This document shows, one piece after another, positions 43,216-52,021 of a stretch of 64,000 nt of DNA (positions within the stretch are counted from its first letter, which is position 1; every line of letters begins with the position of its first letter). The notes under the pieces were generated by a model. It ran no database searches, was not told the origin of the DNA, and worked only from the letters and a program-made list of their open reading frames with translations. This DNA is from Sphingobacterium sp. (lineage in GTDB: Bacteria; Bacteroidota; Bacteroidia; Sphingobacteriales; Sphingobacteriaceae). The DNA is taken from positions 4,342 to 68,341 of the forward strand of contig JBMDWK010000025.1 of the NCBI GenBank assembly GCA_048595255.1. The letters run 5' to 3'. A program made the position numbers and the translations under genes.

Positions 43216-45444
43216 TTATAAAATATTATACCGTAGCCCTAAGAATCCACGTATACCCTGATTGGGTCCGTATACGTAGCTTGGGTCAAATGGCAATAGA
43301 TTAGGATCATCAATTCTCTCAAAAGGATCGTGTGCTCGCGAGATAATTTCAATACCGCCACGTGTTGGTGTCCAGTTTAACAGATTTTTTACTCCCCCGA
43401 ATATTTCCAATCCATTATTGAAGTTTTTGGTGAGTTGGATATTTTGAATGCTCCAGGCTTTGGATTTATCAGGTCTTGTATCTTGTGGCCCAAGAACAGG
43501 CAGGCGCATTGGTCCGATTACATTTCCGGTATAATCAATTGTCAATCCAAGACGTCTTAGGTTGTAACCGATGGTCCATGTGCCCATCGCTTTTTCCGTC
43601 AGCATCTGCCATTCTTTGACTCCATCTTCCACGCTGTATACATCCATGACGGTAGCGCCGATCATGGCTTTCAGTCCACTGGTGTGCGCCCAATCCAAGT
43701 TGAGGGACACTCCTTTTGAAACCGCATGACCATTTAAGTTCTCATAGATAATCTTGTTGACATCGGATTCATAATCTGGAATGATTTTGTTGTTAAAGTA
43801 GGTGTAAAAGGCACTCGCATCAATTGCAAATACCGAACCACCATCCATATAGAATTTCTTTATGTAATTTACATTTCCATTCCAGGAGGTTTCGGGTTTT
43901 AGATCTTCTTCAAAAGTCACATCGCGTGCTCCTGTGAGCGCTGCGTGGTCTTCCGTAAACACATTTGCAACACGGTATCCGTTGCCAACACCTACACGGA
44001 GCACTTGTGTGCGATCCAGCGAGTTCCATTTATAATTCACACGTGGAGAAACAATACTTCCGTGAATAGAATTGTAATCATAACGTGCTCCCAGCAATAA
44101 TTTATGCTGCGGATGTAAGGTGATTTCGTCCTGAATAAACAATCCGGGAAGATGGGTGCGTGAGGAATTGACTGTTGCGGGTGTATTGTCATTATAATAG
44201 GTATAACGATAAGCTAATCCCGTTAGTAGATCATGATTATTAATTTCCTTGCGCCATGTCAACTGTCCAAATGCTATTTTTTGATCAGCTAAATAGCGGG
44301 TATCTCCATATACAGAATTTTGGTCGTGACCATTTACGCTGAAAGTAAACGTTAAGTTTTCGCTTGTTGGTAAATCATACGCACCCATCAATTCCCAACG
44401 TTTTGTATATATACTTTCGCCGTATACCTCATCTCCTCCGCGGTACTTTCTGGACCAGTTCATTTCGCCTCCCCAACGATCCTCGTACACATATCGACCA
44501 GCCAAAGTGAACAATTTGTTGTCTTTGCGCGCAAAATTCCATTTGTTGAATAGCGAAAATCTATTTTGTAACGTTACGTCCGTGAAATTGTCACCATTTT
44601 TGTCAATTGGATTGCTATAATTGAAATAATTAGCGCCAATTAGTGACTGTGAGGAACCTACGTTAAATTTTCCACCCAAGTCGAGATTGTACTCTTGCCA
44701 TGAAGTTCCAAAAGTTTCTATGTTTAATCGTGGTGCGGAATTTGGGCTTTTGGTGATAATATTTATGAGTCCGCCCACGGCTTCGCTACCATAAAGGGTA
44801 GAAGCTGGTCCTTTGACAATTTCCACACGCTCGATCAACGCTTGTGGAATACCATTTAAACCGTACACTGTAGAAAGTCCCGACACTATGGGTAATCCAT
44901 CAATCATAACCATCGTATAGGGGCCTTCTAGACCATTGATGTGGATATCCCCCGTATTACATACGCTACAGTTGATTTGCGGACGTACTCCATTGATATT
45001 TTGCAATGACTCGAATATCGTAGGCGCCGGATTAGATTGGAAAAATTTTGCTGTAAAAACTTCTACAGGGATAGGGCTATCCAATTTGGATACCTGTTTG
45101 AGCGTGCCGGACACGACTACTTCTTCAAGATTGCGGTTGTCGCTGTCCAAGATGATTTCTAGTCCTTCTTGGTAGGTGGTATTGGCAAGGTCTTTCTTTG
45201 CCGGCATATAACCTACAGCGCGTGCCGTGATTTTTGATTTTCCGCTAGGCAATTGAATGGTGAAATTTCCTTCCGAATTCGTGGAGATTGCCACCTTCGT
45301 GCCATCCACAGATATAGTTGCATTGTCGATCGGATTACCGTCCGAATCTTTTATAGTTCCTTTGATTAGATTTTGTGCATGTAATATGAAAGCAAAGCTA
45401 ACCAACAAGGCAGTTAGCGTACAGCTTTTGATAAGTTGTAACAT
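43216..45444 (-). CDS. TonB-dependent outer-membrane receptor (non-SusC; probable metal/metallophore uptake)
   Basis: Carboxypeptidase-like N-domain; plug 'NCSVCNTGDIHINGLEGPYT', 'IERVEIVKGPASTLYGSEAVGGLINIITK'; C-terminal 'GFLGLRY'. Confidence 0.9.
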   Translation of the reverse strand: MLQLIKSCTLTALLVSFAFILHAQNLIKGTIKDSDGNPIDNATISVDGTKVAISTNSEGNFTIQLPSGKSKITARAVGYMPAKKDLANTTYQEGLEIILDSDNRNLEEVVVSGTLKQVSKLDSPIPVEVFTAKFFQSNPAPTIFESLQNINGVRPQINCSVCNTGDIHINGLEGPYTMVMIDGLPIVSGLSTVYGLNGIPQALIERVEIVKGPASTLYGSEAVGGLINIITKSPNSAPRLNIETFGTSWQEYNLDLGGKFNVGSSQSLIGANYFNYSNPIDKNGDNFTDVTLQNRFSLFNKWNFARKDNKLFTLAGRYVYEDRWGGEMNWSRKYRGGDEVYGESIYTKRWELMGAYDLPTSENLTFTFSVNGHDQNSVYGDTRYLADQKIAFGQLTWRKEINNHDLLTGLAYRYTYYNDNTPATVNSSRTHLPGLFIQDEITLHPQHKLLLGARYDYNSIHGSIVSPRVNYKWNSLDRTQVLRVGVGNGYRVANVFTEDHAALTGARDVTFEEDLKPETSWNGNVNYIKKFYMDGGSVFAIDASAFYTYFNNKIIPDYESDVNKIIYENLNGHAVSKGVSLNLDWAHTSGLKAMIGATVMDVYSVEDGVKEWQMLTEKAMGTWTIGYNLRRLGLTIDYTGNVIGPMRLPVLGPQDTRPDKSKAWSIQNIQLTKNFNNGLEIFGGVKNLLNWTPTRGGIEIISRAHDPFERIDDPNLLPFDPSYVYGPNQGIRGFLGLRYNIL

Positions 45445-45624
45445 AAATTGTTATTCTTGATTAATGATTAGTTGGTACAATATGAACCACGCAATAAGCG
45501 GGAAATAAGTCAATATACAGCTGTATACAGAGCTATTTTCCAATCCACATGGAGTTCATCAAATTATAATCTGTTCTAAAAAAGTAATTTGCAAAGCCTC
45601 TGCTCAGCAAAATTTAGGAAATCA

Positions 45625-45987
45625 TTAAGCAAGAGAGGGAGGTCCTCTTAGGTAATTGTGAAATAGGGGTACGGGCCTATTTGAGCGTGTGTATCCTATA
45701 TCAACGGGGGTAGAAAATTCGGGAATAATTGGGGCTTCGAAAGTGATAAAATCACTCTCAATAAATACGCCTTGATAAACAACATCCAAAAAGCGAATCT
45801 CCGCATCGCTTTTGTGCTGGTGTTTTTGTTTTTTGGTAAAGTCATAAGGGTGAATGTGCGTGATGATTTCACCCTTAGAGGTTACCTCTTTGTGCATAAA
45901 CACTATTCCACTAATCACAATAATACTCATCCAGCACGTCAGCAACGTGGCTATGAGTCTGCGATATGTCGAAATTAGGTTAATCAC
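45625..45987 (-). CDS. His-rich leader (uORF) ending in RGPP, candidate ribosome-arrest peptide
   Basis: GTG start, hydrophobic N-terminal helix, H-K..H-I-H-P..H-Q-H cluster, C-terminal LRGPPSLA*; directly upstream of the TBDT gene. Confidence 0.75.
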   Translation of the reverse strand: MINLISTYRRLIATLLTCWMSIIVISGIVFMHKEVTSKGEIITHIHPYDFTKKQKHQHKSDAEIRFLDVVYQGVFIESDFITFEAPIIPEFSTPVDIGYTRSNRPVPLFHNYLRGPPSLA

Positions 45988-46003
45988 AAAAATAATATAC
46001 GTG

Positions 46004-46354
46004 TTATTTTATTAATCTATTGTTGTCGTCTGGAAAAACAAGTTTTGGTTTGTGTGCTCTTGCTTCTTCTCTGTCCATCAGCCCGTACGAAATGATGATA
46101 ACGATATCACCTACTTGTACCAATCTAGCTGCTGCACCATTCAAACAAATTGTTCCTGTACCTCGTTTTCCAGGGATGACGTAAGTTTCTAATCTTGCGC
46201 CGTTATTATTATTTACAATCTGTACTTTCTCGTTTGCAATTATATCTGCTTCATCCATCAAATCTTCGTCGATGGTAATACTTCCCACATAATTCAATTC
46301 AGCTTGCGTTACACGAGCGCGATGAATTTTGGATTTCATTACTTCAATCATCAT
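46004..46354 (-). CDS. panD: Aspartate 1-decarboxylase
   Basis: '[20 protein letters not shown]' (G-S autocleavage), 'TYVI', 'NGAAARL'. Confidence 0.97.
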   Translation of the reverse strand: MMIEVMKSKIHRARVTQAELNYVGSITIDEDLMDEADIIANEKVQIVNNNNGARLETYVIPGKRGTGTICLNGAAARLVQVGDIVIIISYGLMDREEARAHKPKLVFPDDNNRLIK

Positions 46355-46394
46355 GATACAAAGTTACGCTTTATATTTAAAAATGTATATGTTA

Positions 46395-47246
46395 TTAATC
46401 GTTCAAAAACATATTGTCTATTAATCTAACTCCTTCTATCCAAGCGACAATATGAGCCACATATTGCTTGCCTTCTTCAGTGGATTCGGCTCTTTCTAAT
46501 GTGCGAACTTCACTCAAGGCAAAATATTCCAGTTCCACGCCTTCTTTGTCGGCTATCATTTTTTCGGCCAATTGTTGGCAGACGGATAGAGGTTTCCCTT
46601 CGGCAAATGCAGATTTGACAGCTTGTAAGGTTTTGTATAATATGAGTGCTTTTTCTTTGCCTTCTGCCGATAGTCGAGCGTTTCTAGAGCTTAAAGCTAG
46701 TCCAGATTCGCTTCGAATGATGGGACAAATGACCAACTCGATGTCGAGGTTCTTCAGCTCGATCATGCGTTGTATGACCATGACCTGCTGAAGGTCTTTC
46801 TGTCCAAAGCAAGCAATATCCGGATTTACTAGCGTAAATAGTTTGTAGACAATCTGTGTGACCCCCTGAAAATGTCCTGGTCGCTGTTCCCCTTCCCATA
46901 TCAAGTCGAGTCGGCCTAGATCAAGATGCCATTGTTCGTTCGTGTCAGGATACATCTCTTCTACTGTAGGAAGAAATAGCACATCACAGCCATTATCGGA
47001 TAGCAGCTTTATGTCGTTTTCGATCGGTCGAGGATATTTTTCTAGATCCTTAGGATCATTGAATTGAGTAGGGTTGACGAAAATGCTACATATTATAATA
47101 TCGGCCTTCGCTCGGGCCTGCTGTATAAGCGAAAGATGACCTTCGTGTAGCGCTCCCATCGTTGGTACCAAAGCTATTTTCTTTTGTTGTGCACGAGGCG
47201 CCTCTAGATAGGCGCGTAGTTCATTTTGGGTGTGAATAACTTTCAT
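46395..47246 (-). CDS. panC: Pantoate--beta-alanine ligase
   Basis: 'VPTMGALHEGH', 'SIFVNPTQF', 'RPGHFQGV', 'FGQKD', 'GLALSSRN', 'RLIDN'; ATG 47246 preferred. Confidence 0.97.
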   Translation of the reverse strand: MKVIHTQNELRAYLEAPRAQQKKIALVPTMGALHEGHLSLIQQARAKADIIICSIFVNPTQFNDPKDLEKYPRPIENDIKLLSDNGCDVLFLPTVEEMYPDTNEQWHLDLGRLDLIWEGEQRPGHFQGVTQIVYKLFTLVNPDIACFGQKDLQQVMVIQRMIELKNLDIELVICPIIRSESGLALSSRNARLSAEGKEKALILYKTLQAVKSAFAEGKPLSVCQQLAEKMIADKEGVELEYFALSEVRTLERAESTEEGKQYVAHIVAWIEGVRLIDNMFLND

Positions 47247-47318
47247 TCGTGTAGGAGTAAAATAGGGGGCAAAAATGCATAATAAATTTGTAATCTGAAA
47301 GCTATAAATTACAAAGAA

Positions 47319-47349
47319 TTGTAAAATTTGTTTATTATTTGTATCTTTG
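47319..47349 (+). promoter_or_regulatory. Bacteroidota sigma-A type promoter
   Basis: TTG (47319)-N20-TATCTTTG (47342). Confidence 0.6.
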
Positions 47350-47391
47350 TACACCGATTTTACTGTTCAAATAATAAAAAAACAATTGGAG

Positions 47392-48219
47392 ATGGCAAAA
47401 ACGAAAATATTGTTTATTACCCACGAGATGTCGCCTTTCCTTGAAATAAGTAAAATTTCTGAAATAACACGCCAATTACCGCAAGCGATGCAAGAAAAAG
47501 GATTTGAAATCCGTATTCTAATGCCACGTTTTGGTAATATTAATGAGCGCAGAAATCGTCTACACGAGGTGATAAGGTTGTCGGGAATGAATATAGTGGT
47601 GGATAATAACGATAATCCATTGATCATTAAAGTAGCATCGTTGCCAACAGCTCGTATGCAGGTTTATTTCTTAGATAATGAGGAATACTTCCAACGCAAG
47701 AAGGTGTTTAGAGATGAGAGTGGAAAATTCTTTGAAGATAACAACGAGCGTTCGTTGTTCTTCTGTAAAGGTGCATTAGAGACTGTTAAGAAATTAGGCT
47801 GGTCTCCGGATGTAGTACACTGTCACGGCTGGTTTACAGCTATGGTTCCATTGTACTTGAAGAAAGTATATCATGATGATCCTACTTTCAAAGATGTAAA
47901 AGTGATGTATTCATTATTCAATGAAGAATCAGACTTTGGTAAAGACTCACTGACTACGAAGTACGCGGACATGGCAGCACAAGAAGATGTGTCGGCTGAA
48001 GATGCCGCTGTGTATGGCTCAGGAAGCTATGCGGATGTATACAAAGGTGCTTTGACCTATACGGATATTGTCGTTAAAGCAGATGAAAATCTGGATGCCG
48101 ATGTGTTGAAATTTGTTGAAGAGCAAAATATCCGTACGTTCACGCCAGAATCTATTGATGATTACGAAGGGTATTCGTCACTTTACGAGGAATTTGCTTC
48201 AGAAGAAGTCGAAGCTTAA
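47392..48219 (+). CDS. Glycogen/starch synthase N-terminal (GT5) domain-only protein
   Basis: 'EIRILMPRFG', 'YFLDNEEYF', 'PDVVHCHGW'; about 275 aa, no second Rossmann domain. ATG 47392 preferred. Confidence 0.85.
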   Translation: MAKTKILFITHEMSPFLEISKISEITRQLPQAMQEKGFEIRILMPRFGNINERRNRLHEVIRLSGMNIVVDNNDNPLIIKVASLPTARMQVYFLDNEEYFQRKKVFRDESGKFFEDNNERSLFFCKGALETVKKLGWSPDVVHCHGWFTAMVPLYLKKVYHDDPTFKDVKVMYSLFNEESDFGKDSLTTKYADMAAQEDVSAEDAAVYGSGSYADVYKGALTYTDIVVKADENLDADVLKFVEEQNIRTFTPESIDDYEGYSSLYEEFASEEVEA

Positions 48220-48238
48220 TGGCTTCATCGCAACATAC

Positions 48239-48270
48239 AAAAAAGGCTTTCCCTACGGAAAGCCTTTTTT
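48239..48270. terminator. Bidirectional terminator
   Basis: AAAAAAGGCTTTCC-ctac-GGAAAGCCTTTTTT. Confidence 0.88.
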
Positions 48271-48273
48271 GTA

Positions 48274-48594
48274 TTATAGCATAATCACTTTTTCGATGGT
48301 CGATACCTTTTTATAATAATCAATTACTTCGTCTGCAGACTGCACAAATGTTTCTACAGTTAGCGAATTATATTTTCCAGTTTTTGAGTCTTTCACAGAA
48401 ATTTTTGTGCTAGGATGCTCGAAAATCTTTTCAATATCCTCTTTTTTTGCTGCTTCCGCTGGAACAATAAATTTAAATGTATATATAGACGGAAACTGTT
48501 CGATATCAATTAGTTTTTGTCTAAAGGTATTGTAAAAATCATCACCATTATTGTCGTTAACGTCTTGAATGCTGATGTTGTTGAAATCACTCAT
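48274..48594 (-). CDS. DUF493 (YbeD-like) protein
   Basis: 'FPSIYTFKFIVP', 'SKTGKYNSLT', 'VIML'. Confidence 0.85.
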   Translation of the reverse strand: MSDFNNISIQDVNDNNGDDFYNTFRQKLIDIEQFPSIYTFKFIVPAEAAKKEDIEKIFEHPSTKISVKDSKTGKYNSLTVETFVQSADEVIDYYKKVSTIEKVIML

Positions 48595-48919
48595 TATTAA
48601 ATCCTTTCTGTTATAGTGTTACGCTATATAATCAATTTACGTGCCGCTGCTATTCTGTCAGTTGATCAGGACTTAATGTCGTATATTTATCTGTTTTTTT
48701 TAGTTCTGATTGGCAGGGTAGAGTTCTGGTTTTATTTGTTGAAGTTCACGCTACAGCAACATTTTTACCATGCTTAGCAGGTGGGGATAGATGACTTCTA
48801 AGGATTAGAAATTGTTACAAAAAGGGTTTTTTGCTTATTTTTGCTTAACTTATCAACAAATCAAGTGTCAAGAATAATTTGAACCATTATTACCGACTAA
48901 TTATTATTAACATTAGGAA

Positions 48920-49906
48920 ATGAAAAAAAGACTTTCTATTAGCGATATTGCTAACAACCTTGGGGTATCGGTTACTACGGTTTCTTTTATCCTTAATGGT
49001 AAGGCCAAAGAAAAGCGAATCAGTGACGCCCTAACAAAAAGGGTGCAGGATTATGTTAAGAAAGTTGACTATAAGCCCAATCAGTTAGCCAAAAGTTTGC
49101 GTACCGGAAAGTCTAAAAGTATTGGTCTCCTGGTCGAGGATATATCGAATCCATTCTTTGCGAATATAGCGGACCATATCGAGAAGATGGCTTACGACAA
49201 TGGCTATCATATTATCTATTGTAGTATGAATAATGACGAGCAACGTGCCCGCGAGCTTATCCAGTTATTTCGTGATAGACAAATTGATGGCTTCGTGATC
49301 GCGCCCACTGAAGGTTTAAGTGAGGTGATAAACAGTCTCATCAAGCAGGCGGTGCCGGTGGTGCTTTTTGACAGACCATTGGCGGATGTCGAGACACATA
49401 CCGTCTTGTCCGAAAATATGAATGGTGCATATGAAGGGACGATGTATTTACTGGAGAAGAAAAAAGCAAAACGCATAGGTTTTGTTACGACCACGAGCAC
49501 GCAATCTCAGATGAAAGGACGATTGGAAGGGTATATGAAAGCAATCGATAAGGTGGGTATGGATCTGTTAGTCAAGAAAATCAACCCTTCGTTGACGGAA
49601 GAAGATGTTGCTCTGCAGTTGCAAAGCTTTATAGTTGACAATAAGCTGGATGCGGTTCTTTTTGCTACGAATTACTTGGCAATCAATGGTTTAAAGATTA
49701 TTAAGAAATACAAAATAGCAATTGACAAGTTGGTGTCCTTTGATGAAAACACGGCGTTTGCTTTGGTAGAACCACCCGTATCGGCTATTTCTCAAAACAT
49801 TAAAGGAATAGCCAGTGAAGTGGTGCGGATACTGTTGAGTCAGATAGATGGTAAATCCACCGATATTGAAAAGGTGGTTATACCTTGTGATTTGATTGAA
49901 CGCTAG
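48920..49906 (+). CDS. LacI-family transcriptional regulator
   Basis: 'SISDIANNLGVSVTTVSFILNG', 'YKPNQLAKSLRTG', 'NPFF'. Confidence 0.95.
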   Translation: MKKRLSISDIANNLGVSVTTVSFILNGKAKEKRISDALTKRVQDYVKKVDYKPNQLAKSLRTGKSKSIGLLVEDISNPFFANIADHIEKMAYDNGYHIIYCSMNNDEQRARELIQLFRDRQIDGFVIAPTEGLSEVINSLIKQAVPVVLFDRPLADVETHTVLSENMNGAYEGTMYLLEKKKAKRIGFVTTTSTQSQMKGRLEGYMKAIDKVGMDLLVKKINPSLTEEDVALQLQSFIVDNKLDAVLFATNYLAINGLKIIKKYKIAIDKLVSFDENTAFALVEPPVSAISQNIKGIASEVVRILLSQIDGKSTDIEKVVIPCDLIER

Positions 49907-49911
49907 ATAAA

Positions 49912-50391
49912 TTATTTGGCAGCGACAAATTTCATCGAAATGGAATTTACGCAGTGTCTCGTGTTTTTGGCAGTGAACCCTTCGCCCTCAAATACATGCC
50001 CAAGGTGAGCACCGCAATTGTTACATAGTATTTCGACTCTTCGGCCATCAGCATCCGTTTCTCTTTTTACGGCTCCCGGGATTTCGTCATCGAAGCTTGG
50101 CCATCCACAGTGTGATTCGAATTTATCTTGAGAATGATACAATGATGCATCGCAGCGCTTGCAAATGTATGTTCCTTTTTCTTTGTTGTCTAGTAATTCA
50201 CCTGTAAAAGGCATTTCGGTGCCTTTGTGTACAATTACATATTCTTCTTCTTTCGTTAGTTTATTGTATTTATTGCTGTCCATGGTAGCGTTGATTTTAG
50301 TTTTAGAAGCAGCTGTTTTGTTGTTTTGACAAGCTTCTAAAAGTAAAGTTAAGAAAAGTGCTATGAATATAATTGAAAATTGTCGTGGCAT
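49912..50391 (-). CDS. msrB: Peptide-methionine (R)-S-oxide reductase with lipoprotein signal
   Basis: 'GTEMPFTG', CKRC/CNNC Zn pair, 'GWPSF', 'HLGHVF', 'RHCVNS'; N-terminal LEAC lipobox. Confidence 0.93.
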   Translation of the reverse strand: MPRQFSIIFIALFLTLLLEACQNNKTAASKTKINATMDSNKYNKLTKEEEYVIVHKGTEMPFTGELLDNKEKGTYICKRCDASLYHSQDKFESHCGWPSFDDEIPGAVKRETDADGRRVEILCNNCGAHLGHVFEGEGFTAKNTRHCVNSISMKFVAAK

Positions 50392-50543
50392 AGCTATAAA
50401 ATTATGTTTATTTTAATAAAGAATAAATGACAAATGAAATAAAAAAAAGTTTCAAATACCATTTATTGAAACTAGTGGAATAATTAGGAATGCAAAATTC
50501 ATTTTATGCCTTTAAACCTTATATATACGCAAAAAATAATCTT

Positions 50544-50562
50544 ATTTAGAATGATTTTAAAT
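50544..50562. promoter_or_regulatory. Fur-box-like 19-bp palindrome between msrB and actA
   Basis: ATTTAGAATGATTTTAAAT, a near-perfect 9-1-9 palindrome. Confidence 0.5.
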
Positions 50563-50582
50563 TGATATTTTGAGTCATTAAA

Positions 50583-50615
50583 TTGTCAGGGATTGCTTAT
50601 AAAGTTATACTTTTG
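50583..50615 (+). promoter_or_regulatory. Probable act operon promoter
   Basis: TTG (50583)-N22-TACTTTTG (50608). Confidence 0.5.
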
Positions 50616-50699
50616 TGCATTGTTTGATGGGAAAAATCCCTTTAGACAGTACATTAAGTAATTTTTATATTCATAAATAAATAGTATAAAGTGCTAAAT

Positions 50700-51983
50700 A
50701 TGAGAAATATCTCATCCGTATTGGGAAGGTTTGCAAAGTCAATATCAGTTAGTTTGGTGTTGTTATTTGCTGTTACGATGTCGTCGAATGCGCAAGATGC
50801 TAAAGAAGGAGCGGCGTTGTTTAAGGCGAACTGTACTGCCTGTCACAAGGTAGACAGAAAAATGACTGGTCCTGCATTGGCGGGTATGTCCGAAAGACAT
50901 TCTGAGGAGTGGTTGGTGAAGTGGATTAAAAATTCAGGTGCTTTGATTGCTTCTGGCGATCCGGTTGCTAATCAAATTTTCGAAGAATGGAATAAAGTAG
51001 CGATGCCTGCTTTTACACAATTTTCTGATGATCAAATCAAAGGTATCATCGCTTATGTAAAAGAGGAAGAAGCAAAAGCTGCTGCTGGTGGCGGCCAAGG
51101 TGGTGCTACTGCGGGTGCTGCTGCTAGTTCAGATGCTAACAATTTGATGATTCTTGGGGTTGCTGCGATTTTGTTGTTGGCTATTGGTGTGATCGTGATC
51201 TTGAGTCGTGTTATTAAGACTTTGGAGAAAGTTATTGCTAATAATGCTGCTGCAATTGAAGCTGCTAAAGTTCGCAACGAAGCTTATGAAGAGTCTGGTA
51301 AAGTTAAGTTTGCTCAAAAATTCTTAAAGAACAAGAAGTTAGTTGGTTTCACTGCGCTGATGCTGGTTGGTTTGTTAGCTGTTGTAGGTTGGCAAACGAT
51401 GTGGAACGTAGGTGTCCATACGGGTTATAAGCCTGTACAACCTATCAAGTTCTCTCACCAGATCCACGCGGGTGTAAATCAGATTGACTGTCAATACTGT
51501 CACGGTGGTGCATATAAATCCAAAAATGCATCTATTCCTTCAGCTAATGTGTGTATGAACTGTCATAACACCGTAACTGCTGCAGATCACTACGAAGGTA
51601 ATATCTCTCCAGAGATATTGAAATTGTACCGTGCGGTAGATTTTAATCCAGATACACGTGAATACGGCAATAATCCGCGTCCGATTGAGTGGGTTAGAAT
51701 TCATAACTTACCAGATTTCGCGTATTTCAATCACTCACAACACGTTAGTGTAGCAGGTGTTGAATGTCAAACATGTCACGGTCCTATCGAGTCTATGGAA
51801 GAGGTGTATCAATATTCTCCATTGACAATGAAATGGTGTGTGGACTGTCACAGAACTACCGAAGTGAATACAGATAACAAATACTACGATCAATTAATCG
51901 AAGCACACGAGAAATTGAAAAAAGGAGAGAAGATGACAGCTGCGATGATCGGTGGATTAGAGTGTGGTAAGTGTCACTATTAA
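50700..51983 (+). CDS. actA: Alternative complex III hexaheme cytochrome c subunit
   Basis: Six CxxCH motifs (CTACH; CQYCH, CMNCH, CQTCH, CVDCH, CGKCH): monoheme + pentaheme domains. ATG 50700 or GTG 50691. Confidence 0.92.
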   Translation: MRNISSVLGRFAKSISVSLVLLFAVTMSSNAQDAKEGAALFKANCTACHKVDRKMTGPALAGMSERHSEEWLVKWIKNSGALIASGDPVANQIFEEWNKVAMPAFTQFSDDQIKGIIAYVKEEEAKAAAGGGQGGATAGAAASSDANNLMILGVAAILLLAIGVIVILSRVIKTLEKVIANNAAAIEAAKVRNEAYEESGKVKFAQKFLKNKKLVGFTALMLVGLLAVVGWQTMWNVGVHTGYKPVQPIKFSHQIHAGVNQIDCQYCHGGAYKSKNASIPSANVCMNCHNTVTAADHYEGNISPEILKLYRAVDFNPDTREYGNNPRPIEWVRIHNLPDFAYFNHSQHVSVAGVECQTCHGPIESMEEVYQYSPLTMKWCVDCHRTTEVNTDNKYYDQLIEAHEKLKKGEKMTAAMIGGLECGKCHY

Positions 51984-52021
51984 TAATTAATTAGGAAAAC
52001 GCAATCTTATATACAGCTTAA

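Noticed and set aside
45987-45994. TAnnTTTG-like box on the minus strand overlapping the uORF GTG start
   Set aside because: No matching -33 element, and it would place the TSS inside the ORF; likely chance, though it leaves the uORF start slightly uncertain.
38600-47300. Apparent higher GC in nadE-gldB-TBDT-panC than in the 5' PUL, suggesting an island boundary near 37.2 kb
   Set aside because: Impression only; I could not compute GC or codon usage, and no att sites or mobility genes were seen.
46395-48219. ORF-track extended starts for panC (47354) and the GT5 gene (TTG 47347); likewise porin 40272 and FKBP 41955
   Set aside because: The extensions run through promoter or hairpin sequence or overlap divergent genes; downstream ATGs give the canonical N-termini.
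48595-48919. 325-bp intergenic region as a possible sRNA or LacI operator
   Set aside because: No convincing stem-loop set or LacI-type palindrome; explained by divergent promoters.
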